DNA of 11,134 bases from Archangium sp. (GTDB lineage Bacteria > Myxococcota > Myxococcia > Myxococcales > Myxococcaceae): assembly GCA_031367385.1 (NCBI GenBank), contig JANLPS010000450.1:1-11134 (forward strand), in the 5' to 3' direction. Position 1 is the first letter of the stretch, and each line of letters begins with the position of its first letter. The translations under genes were made by a program, and so were the position numbers. The notes under the pieces are model-generated. The model had not been told where the DNA came from. It ran no database searches and was given only the letters and a program-made list of their open reading frames with translations. Positions 1-6,051 of the stretch are shown here, piece after piece.

Positions 1-215
1 CTCCGGTTGCCGCCGCGTGCCGATGCCACTCCGGCTCAGCTATTCAGCGCTCTTCGAAAGCGACTGATGACGCGGCGGTAACCGGGTCTCTCACGTGCCG
101 CAGATCGCGTCACCCTCGAGCCGATCCGCATCGCGTGGGTGACATCTCGAACCCGGTGATGGGGAAGGTGACCGTGTCGCGGCGATCGCTCGCGCCGAGG
201 GCGTACACAATCGGC
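1..215. repeat. Degenerate tandem copies of the ygiD-like gene 3' end (unit about 36-118, partial further unit 1-35; template about 119-215)
   Basis: Collinear matches: tcgaa 54-58 vs 147-151, then tgatg in both, ggtaaccgggtctc 77-90 vs ggtgaccgtgtcgc 167-180 (11/14), cgtgccgcag vs cgcgccgag, gcgtcaccctcg 107-118 vs gcgtacacaatcg 201-213. cgtgccg recurs at 16-22 and 94-100. Confidence 0.6.
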
Positions 216-877
216 ATGAAGTGCTCGTGGGTCGGGTGGCACAACCGCCCGTCGTCGCTCGAGAGCAACTTGGCGAGCCCGGGCCCATCGTGTTGCTCGA
301 GGCGCGCTTTGGCCTCGCCATCGAAGCGCATCGCCCAGTCGGGAGTGGCGGTGACGCCCTGACGCCAGCTCGAGAACGCGTGCCGCAGGTTGTGGGTCAG
401 GTTGCCGCTGCACAGAATCAGCACGTCTTCTTCACGCAGCACCGCCAACCGCGTGCCCAGAGCGAGGTGCTCCTCGGGGGTCGCACGGAGATCGAGGCTC
501 AGCTGCAACACCGGCACGTCAGCCTCGGGCAGCAGGTGGGTGAGCACGCTCCAGGTGCCGTGATCGAGACCCCAATCGAGGCGCACGCCGGCATGCGGCA
601 GCAACGAGGCCACCTGCTCGGCCAACCGCGGGTCACCTTTCGCGGGGTACTGAACCTCGAACAGCGGCTCGGGGAAGCCGCCGAAATCGTGAATCGTATC
701 GGGCGCTTCGTTGCCGGTGACGAAGGTGCCTGGCACCCACCAGTGCGCCGAAATGGCCAACACCGCGCGGGGCTTGGGCAGCGTGGTGCCGAGTTTCTTG
801 AAGCCGCGACTCCACTCGTTGTCGGTGATGGCATTCATCGGGCTGCCGTGGCCGATGAACAAGACGGGCATTTTCAT
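110..877 (-). CDS. ygiD: DODA-type/LigB-family extradiol ring-cleavage dioxygenase (YgiD-like), with atypical last ~9 residues
   Basis: Family motifs MPVLFIGHGSPMNA, ISAHW, TIHDFGGFP, WGLDHGTWSVL, SGNLTHNL, HPTHEHFMP. Start overlaps the upstream stop (ATGA, 874-877). Confidence 0.92.
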   Translation of the reverse strand: MKMPVLFIGHGSPMNAITDNEWSRGFKKLGTTLPKPRAVLAISAHWWVPGTFVTGNEAPDTIHDFGGFPEPLFEVQYPAKGDPRLAEQVASLLPHAGVRLDWGLDHGTWSVLTHLLPEADVPVLQLSLDLRATPEEHLALGTRLAVLREEDVLILCSGNLTHNLRHAFSSWRQGVTATPDWAMRFDGEAKARLEQHDGPGLAKLLSSDDGRLCHPTHEHFMPIVYALGASDRRDTVTFPITGFEMSPTRCGSARG

Positions 878-1731
878 CGCGGTGCTCGTGGCACAGGCGC
901 GGTCGGTGGCAGACCCATCTGTTCACGCAGCGCCGAGAACGCTGGCGTCCACTGGTGGGTGGCGTCGCGCACCGTCAACGTGCGGTGCAGTGGCGCTTCA
1001 TTCGGCGCTGCCTCACGCGAGAAAACATCGACGGTGATCAACGCGGCCTTCCCCTCGAGCGGAACCACCTCGAGGTGCGCGGTCAGTCTCAGGCCGACGG
1101 CCGCGGCCGCCTCGCGAATTCGGTGCCGCTCGAGGGCCGACGCGCACATCACGAAGCGGCCCGTCGGGGCCAGCACCGTGGCGGCGCGACGCAGGTAGTC
1201 TTCGACGCCTTCACGGTGCTCGAAGCGGCATGGCGCGGCGTGCGTCTGCTTCGATTCAGTGCCGGTGCCAGGAGGAAAATACGGGGGCGTGCCGGTGATG
1301 AGCTCCCAAGTGCGGCCTTCGAAGTCGTGCTCGCGGAGATCTCCGGTCGTCACCCAGCAGCGGGCCTCGATGCCGTTGTAGGCGACCGAGCGGCGTGCAA
1401 GCTCAGCGCGATCAGCCTGGGCCTCGAGGCCGGAGACCCTCGCGCCGGGCAACTTGAAGGCGAGCATCAACAGCACGCTGCCCAGCCCACACCCCAAGTC
1501 GAGCGCTTGCCTGGCGTCGGGGCGCTCGTTGATGGCAACCCACGCCGTCACCAGATCATCGAGGCTCCAGCGATGCCCTTTTCGTTTTTGAAAAATGCGC
1601 CAATCACCGCAGAGAAATGAGAGGTCCTCGTCGGGCTGGGCCTCGAGCTCTGGGCGGCCTTGCGCTCCAGCAGGCGGAGGCCCCGGCGGCAACCACCCGT
1701 CAGGCCGTCGAGGGAGCTTGGAGGCCATCAC
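874..1731 (-). CDS. SAM-dependent methyltransferase, tRNA1(Val) m6A37 TrmN/YfiC-like (COG4123-type)
   Basis: IFQKRKGHRWSLDDL, motif I LDLGCGLGSV, motif IV GTPPYF, CRFE and LAPTGRF. ATGA overlap with the imelysin stop (1728-1731). Confidence 0.8.
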   Translation of the reverse strand: MMASKLPRRPDGWLPPGPPPAGAQGRPELEAQPDEDLSFLCGDWRIFQKRKGHRWSLDDLVTAWVAINERPDARQALDLGCGLGSVLLMLAFKLPGARVSGLEAQADRAELARRSVAYNGIEARCWVTTGDLREHDFEGRTWELITGTPPYFPPGTGTESKQTHAAPCRFEHREGVEDYLRRAATVLAPTGRFVMCASALERHRIREAAAAVGLRLTAHLEVVPLEGKAALITVDVFSREAAPNEAPLHRTLTVRDATHQWTPAFSALREQMGLPPTAPVPRAPR

Positions 1732-2771
1732 TGCGGCAGCTGGGGAATGCCCAGAAGCCGCGCCGACTCGTTGAGCTCGAAGACCAACGACTTGTCAGCC
1801 ACGTCGTCGGCTTCGGCTTTCAGACCCATGAAGAGCTGCCCAAAAGGCGTCTTCTTGTCGGCGTCAGTCGGGTTGATCGAGCTCCACGTCGACGGGGGCT
1901 GGGGTATCGAATCACCAGGGTAGCTCGCGTAGAGCGCGTCGATTCGGGCGAACGCCGCGTCGACCATCGCGGGGGTGTCTCCACCCGCCGACTTCGCGAT
2001 CAACCAGGGTCGAAATGACAGGTAGGTGTGCTCACCGGCCTCGAGGTTCGCGCGCATGTCGGCCAACGTGAATTGCGCGTAGCGAGACTCTTCTTCGCCA
2101 CTGGCAGCCTTCTTCACTTTTTCGAGCTGCTCCCCCATCGAGCCAATCACGCCCCGGTACGCCGCCGCCGGGTCGAGCGCGAGCGGTGCGAAGTCGTCTC
2201 GCATCTGCGCGGTCTCGGTCGCCCACCGAGCGCAGAGCTTGGTCTTGAAGTCATTGGCTTCAGCGTCGGTCGCCGGGTACGCCGCCTTCGCGTACTTCGG
2301 CCCGAGCGCCTCGCGCTCGAACGAGACCACGAACGAGGGGATCGTCTCGGAGAACAAAATGCGCTCGATGGCGTGATTGCCGGTCACGACTTGATCATCG
2401 AAGAGCGCGGCGTCGGTGGCGTTCTCGAGAAACCCGTCGTAGCGCTGGTCGATGGTGACATCGAGCTCGGGGTACAGCACGGCGATGGCACCTTCGACGT
2501 GCTCATAGGCTGGGCGCGACTTCTTCCACGCGGTCTTCATGGCGGCGATGGCCGTCGCATCAGCCGCTGACCAGGCATGCGTCGGAGCCGCGGCACACAG
2601 CTCGCTCGCCGCGGTGGCGTGCACGTCGAGGTTCTGCTGAATGTAGGTCTTCACGTTCAACAGCGCGCACTTCTCGCTGGGGTCGGTGCACGTCGAGGCC
2701 GTCGCGGGTTGGCCACAGGCACTGAGGGCAACGGCCAGCGCGGTGAACAGGAGCACAGTGAATCGAGGCAT
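1728..2771 (-). CDS. Imelysin/EfeO-like (peptidase M75 fold) iron-uptake lipoprotein
   Basis: Lipobox LSAC after a hydrophobic stretch; AWKKSRPAYEHVE; GxHxxE motif TGNHAIERIL; EEESRYAQFTLADMRANLE. ATG at 2771 has AAGGA 10 nt upstream; the alternative GTG at 2798 overlaps the DHOR stop. Confidence 0.85.
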   Translation of the reverse strand: MPRFTVLLFTALAVALSACGQPATASTCTDPSEKCALLNVKTYIQQNLDVHATAASELCAAAPTHAWSAADATAIAAMKTAWKKSRPAYEHVEGAIAVLYPELDVTIDQRYDGFLENATDAALFDDQVVTGNHAIERILFSETIPSFVVSFEREALGPKYAKAAYPATDAEANDFKTKLCARWATETAQMRDDFAPLALDPAAAYRGVIGSMGEQLEKVKKAASGEEESRYAQFTLADMRANLEAGEHTYLSFRPWLIAKSAGGDTPAMVDAAFARIDALYASYPGDSIPQPPSTWSSINPTDADKKTPFGQLFMGLKAEADDVADKSLVFELNESARLLGIPQLPQ

Positions 2772-2794
2772 GCGTGAGAGATCCTTGTCGAGGT

Positions 2795-3985
2795 TCACAG
2801 TGAAGAGACGAAGCGCACCAGCCGCGCGCGATCGGCTTCTGGCAGGGCGAGAAAAGCGTCGACGCTCGGCTTGGCCTCACTGCCAACGCCTCCATGAAGC
2901 ACGATGGCCTGCTCGACGTTGGGCGCGCGGCCGTCGTGCAGGTAGCTGCTCAAGAAGCGCAGGCCGATCAACGGAGCGGTCTTCCACTCCGAGGCCTGGG
3001 CGTCTCCGTCGATCAACCCGTCTGAAAACGCCAGCCCCATGTCGTGCAACAGCACGTCGCTGTAGACCTTGGCCTCGATGCCAGCGAGCGCCGCGATCGG
3101 GTAATCAGCGCGGGTCTTCATCGAGGGCACGTGGCATTGCGCACAGCCCAGGCTCGCGAACTGCGCGGTAGCGACGTCATCGCTGAGCTTGCGGGCGGGT
3201 ATCTCGAGCAGGCGCATGTAGTCACCGAGCTCGTTGACCACCGCGAGCGGCACGTCGACTCCGGGCTTGGCGTCGTCGAGCCGGCCGTCGGGGTTCGGCA
3301 GCTCGAGCGGGCGCATCGGCGTGGTCAGCCCCATGTCACCTTGCAAGGCATCGGCGGCGAACTCATCGAGGGTGGCGATGCGCGCCTTGAGCCCGAAGCG
3401 GCCAATCAGGTTCGGCTCTCCCTTGTGGTGCGCGTGAAAGCGCGACTCGGGGTTCTCTTCACTCGCGTAGGTGACCCGGTTGATGCGCCCGCTCACCTGC
3501 CCCGCGGCCTGCTGGGCCCGCTCGACGGCTTCGATCTCGGAGTCGGCGATCGCTTCGACGTACCCCCGCCCGAACACCGCCGGCCCCGAGCGCTGAGAGA
3601 GCAGCACGCCAGACGTCGGAGCGAGCAGCGGCGTCGCACCCCCGACCGTGCGCGGTCGCTCGGTATGCCCATACTGCAGCTCGACGCCAGGCGAGTCGCC
3701 CATCAGGGCCATCTTCACCACGAAGCCCGGGCCGCGACCGGCGAGCTTGTGGCAGCTCGAGCACTGGGCGCGAATGTAGACGGGGCCCAGGCCATCGGCC
3801 TCGCGATACACCTCGTCGAATTGGCGATCTCCGGCGGTGAAACGCGCGCCCTGCTCGGTGGTCGCGCCGGTGAGCGGCAGGTCGCTCGACTCATCGCTCA
3901 CCACGGTCAAGGGAGGCGCCGGCGGGGCTCCGCAGGCGAGCTGGAGGAGACAGACGGCACTGAGCAGACGGGCGGGAGAGATCAC
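2795..3985 (-). CDS. Di-heme oxidoreductase family (DHOR/DUF1111) lipoprotein
   Basis: Two CxxCH motifs (CSSCH, CAQCH), GLGPVY, GRFGLKA, YSDVLLHDMG, WKTAPLIGL, YLHDGRA; lipobox LAC. Confidence 0.9.
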   Translation of the reverse strand: MISPARLLSAVCLLQLACGAPPAPPLTVVSDESSDLPLTGATTEQGARFTAGDRQFDEVYREADGLGPVYIRAQCSSCHKLAGRGPGFVVKMALMGDSPGVELQYGHTERPRTVGGATPLLAPTSGVLLSQRSGPAVFGRGYVEAIADSEIEAVERAQQAAGQVSGRINRVTYASEENPESRFHAHHKGEPNLIGRFGLKARIATLDEFAADALQGDMGLTTPMRPLELPNPDGRLDDAKPGVDVPLAVVNELGDYMRLLEIPARKLSDDVATAQFASLGCAQCHVPSMKTRADYPIAALAGIEAKVYSDVLLHDMGLAFSDGLIDGDAQASEWKTAPLIGLRFLSSYLHDGRAPNVEQAIVLHGGVGSEAKPSVDAFLALPEADRARLVRFVSSL

Positions 3986-3995
3986 GGCCCGGTGG

Positions 3996-4037
3996 TCAAT
4001 AGTTGATTTTGCGAATCAAAGTCAAAACCAAATTAAA
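3996..4037 (-). promoter_or_regulatory. AT-rich Fur-box-like operator and probable promoter of the DHOR-imelysin operon
   Basis: Inverted repeat TTGATT-N5-AATCAA (4003-4019); hexamer-phased run aatcaa-agtcaa-aaccaa-attaaa (4014-4037); minus-strand TTGACT (-35-like, 4025-4020); lies directly upstream of iron-uptake family genes. Confidence 0.6.
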
Positions 4038-4062
4038 TCGGCTTCGTAAAGAGCTGAAATAA

Positions 4063-4546
4063 CTCTCGAGCGATGAGGGCGGGCCTGCAGTCGAGGTGCA
4101 GCTGCGGTCGGTGGTGCTGCGCTGGGGGCGTAGGGTGCGACGCTGACCCGCTTCAGACGCTCGCCATCACTGGCGAACGATGCGCACCGGGTTGCTTGCG
4201 ATGGGCATCACGTGGCCGAGGTGCTGAGCCGCATGACCGACGCTCGATGGCGTTGGGGCGCGCGGCGCCGACGCCGCTTCAGACGCTCGGCAATCACTGG
4301 CGAACGATGCGCACCGGGTTGCTTGCGATGCGCATCACGCGTTCGGGGTCTGCCCAGCACGACGCGTGAAAGGCGTTCGTTCGTGCCGCAAAACGACACC
4401 TCAAGGCGCGAGCGAAAACACTATCGAACGATGAGCACCGGCTTGGCGACGATGTGCATCAAGCGGTCGGTGGTGCTGCCGAGCATGACGCGCGAAAGGG
4501 CGTTGTGGCCCTTGGCGCCGACGACGACGCCCCAGATGCGATCGGC
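4063..4546. repeat. Three degenerate tandem copies (4063-4169, 4170-4296, 4297-4420) of the last ~125 bp of the USP gene (4421-4546)
   Basis: Copy 4297-4377 vs gene 4421-4504 is about 67/84 identical by hand. 4148-4212 and 4274-4339 are nearly identical. Exact 17-mer gcggtcggtggtgctgc at 4104-4120 and 4463-4479. Confidence 0.9.
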
Positions 4547-4843
4547 GTGAGAGAGATCGGCGATGGCCTCGGCCGGTGAGCCATGCACCATCACCGATTC
4601 AGAGCTCCCGCCGGCCTCGCGAACCGCATCGGCTGCCTTCTGCAGCGCTTCTTTCGCGACGAGTTGGTTGGTCTCTTCGAGCCGCTGAATCGTCTCGGCG
4701 TACACCGACGGAGGCAGCAGCACCGGCGGGACGACGTAGACGAGCTCGAGGGTGCACCCCATCGCCTGTGCTAATGGCACGGCCATTCGGCTCGCTTTGA
4801 GCGATGCTTCAGACCCGTCGACCGCTACCAAGATCGTCTTCAC
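4421..4843 (-). CDS. Universal stress protein (UspA family, single domain)
   Basis: KTILVAVDGSEAS N-terminus; GSPAEAI; VVVGAKGHNALSRVMLGSTTDRL..KPVLIVR C-terminus. Confidence 0.93.
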   Translation of the reverse strand: MKTILVAVDGSEASLKASRMAVPLAQAMGCTLELVYVVPPVLLPPSVYAETIQRLEETNQLVAKEALQKAADAVREAGGSSESVMVHGSPAEAIADLSHADRIWGVVVGAKGHNALSRVMLGSTTDRLMHIVAKPVLIVR

Positions 4844-4860
4844 ACGCGAGGTTCTACACC
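4844..4860 (-). promoter_or_regulatory. Putative -10 element TAGAAC (4856-4851) 7 nt before the USP GTG; likely leaderless
   Basis: Minus strand reads tagaacctcgcgt-GTG; same 10-mer and spacing as before pepF; no SD on this strand. Confidence 0.45.
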
Positions 4861-5337
4861 ATGGCTTCCAAGAAGCGCTCCGCCATTCGAGCTCCCTCGC
4901 CTGCCAGTCAGATCACCGGTTTCCTCGCGAAGTACGAGCCTGGCATCGCGCGGCAGGCAATGGCCGTGCGCAGGGCACTGCGAGCGTTGATGAGGGGCGC
5001 GTACGAGCTGGTCTACGACAACTACAACGCGCTGGTGTTCGGGTTCAGCGCGACCGAGCGCCCGTCTGACGCCGTGTTGTCGGTGATCGTCTTGCCCGAT
5101 CACGTGACGATTGGGTTCTTGTATGGCGCGAGGCTCAAAGACCCGGGGCGCGTGCTCAAGGGCGGCGGCAACCAGGTGCGGAGCGTGAGGCTTGAGAGCC
5201 CTGCAGATCTCGCGCTGCCGAAGTTGAAGGCGGTGCTCACCGAGGCGATCGCCGCATCGAGCGTGCACTTCGAGCAACGCAAGGGCAGCACGGTGGTGAG
5301 GTCGATCTCGGTCAAGCAACGGCCGCGCAGGCCCTGA
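4861..5337 (+). CDS. DUF1801 domain-containing protein
   Basis: ELVYDNYNALVFGF and HVTIGFLYGARLKDPGRVLKGGGNQVRSV are typical of the family. ATG 4861 (gagg 9 nt upstream) avoids overlap with the USP gene, unlike the ORF-track start at 4804. Confidence 0.75.
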   Translation: MASKKRSAIRAPSPASQITGFLAKYEPGIARQAMAVRRALRALMRGAYELVYDNYNALVFGFSATERPSDAVLSVIVLPDHVTIGFLYGARLKDPGRVLKGGGNQVRSVRLESPADLALPKLKAVLTEAIAASSVHFEQRKGSTVVRSISVKQRPRRP

Positions 5338-5670
5338 CTTTGCGAGCGCGGCACCATTGGCGGCTCCTCACCCACCCGAAACCAGGCCTGGGCGCTCGAC
5401 CCAAGCAGCCAGCCCGCGATGGCGTCGGCCGGCTTTGACGAAGCTGTGCGCAGATCGCGTGCCGGCTCGGCGATGAAGGCGACACAAGGCATTACCTCTC
5501 TCGGTCAAGCAACGCCCGCGCAGGCGCTACCGCGGCACGATTCGCGGCTCATCACCCACCCGAATCAGGCCTGGGCGCTCGACCCACGCCACCAGCCCGC
5601 GGCGGCGCCTGCCGGCTTTGACGAAGGCTGACCGCACATCGTGGCTCAGCTGTGCGCTCAGGGCCTTACC
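5306..5670. repeat. Degenerate tandem duplication across the convergent DUF1801/MOSC junction (5306-5496 and 5499-5670)
   Basis: 5306-5335 vs 5499-5528 is 28/30 identical; 5343-5456 vs 5527-5640 is about 84% identical with 2 indels; caaggcattacc 5485-5496 vs cagggccttacc 5659-5670. Confidence 0.92.
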
Positions 5671-6051
5671 GACCTTGATGCAGGGCTCATTCTCGCCGTC
5701 GATGACCACGATCGCCCCTGACGCGAAGATCAGCCGGGTGCCCGACGCGATCATCGTCAACTCGGGCGCCGCCGAAAAGCACACGTTCGCACCGTACGTG
5801 CGCCAGTCGAGCGTGGGCATCTCGAGGGCCGACGCCGTTTCTGCGAGCTCTTCGAGGCTGACCAGCGAGAGCTGACGGCTGTTTCGCAGCTCGACTCCGC
5901 GGGGCGCGTACCGTTGACCGGGAGCCGCCTTCGCCACCAGGCCAGCGTGCCGATCGCCCTCGATGCCCGCGTAGCTCAACACCACCGAGTCGATCGCCCG
6001 TGTGACGAACGAGCCCTTGGTGTCGGCGATGCCGAGCCCTGCGACTCGCAC
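5527..6051 (-). CDS. MOSC domain-containing protein (YiiM-like)
   Basis: GIEGDRHAG, RNSRQLSLVSLEEL, GANV, ENEPC (conserved Cys), RRGLVAWVERPGLIRVGD. The likely start is GTG 6051-6049, overlapping the upstream TAG (TAGTG); the ORF-track extension to 6309 lies inside the upstream gene. Confidence 0.85.
   Translation of the reverse strand: MRVAGLGIADTKGSFVTRAIDSVVLSYAGIEGDRHAGLVAKAAPGQRYAPRGVELRNSRQLSLVSLEELAETASALEMPTLDWRTYGANVCFSAAPELTMIASGTRLIFASGAIVVIDGENEPCIKVGKALSAQLSHDVRSAFVKAGRRRRGLVAWVERPGLIRVGDEPRIVPR

Noticed and set aside
1..81. Plus-strand open frame ending TAA at 79-81 (LRLPPRADA...MTRR*)
   Set aside because: Many A/T-ending codons unlike real genes here; better explained as a decayed copy of the ygiD end. 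Cannot be fully excluded without upstream sequence.
99..110. 12-mer cgcagatcgcgt shared with 5449-5460, both within echo copies
   Set aside because: A single short GC-rich match, absent from the USP array; probably coincidental.
109..143. Inverted repeat gtcaccc/gggtgac as a terminator
   Set aside because: 7-bp stem, 21-nt loop and no U-tract; plausible by chance at this GC content.
4003..4019. FNR box
   Set aside because: Spacing is TTGAT-N7-ATCAA rather than N4; context favours a Fur-like site.
4148..4339. CRISPR array or REP/MITE interpretation of the direct repeats
   Set aside because: Repeats are long, derive from the USP coding sequence, the intervening DNA is also homologous, and there are no cas genes or terminal inverted repeats.
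4073..4550. Small ORFs 4073-4369, 4208-4399 and 4212-4550
   Set aside because: They are by-products of the repeat array and frameshifted USP copies, with no independent coding signal.
5343..5640. Diversity-generating retroelement TR/VR pair
   Set aside because: Differences are not adenine-specific on either strand and include indels; no reverse transcriptase in the window.
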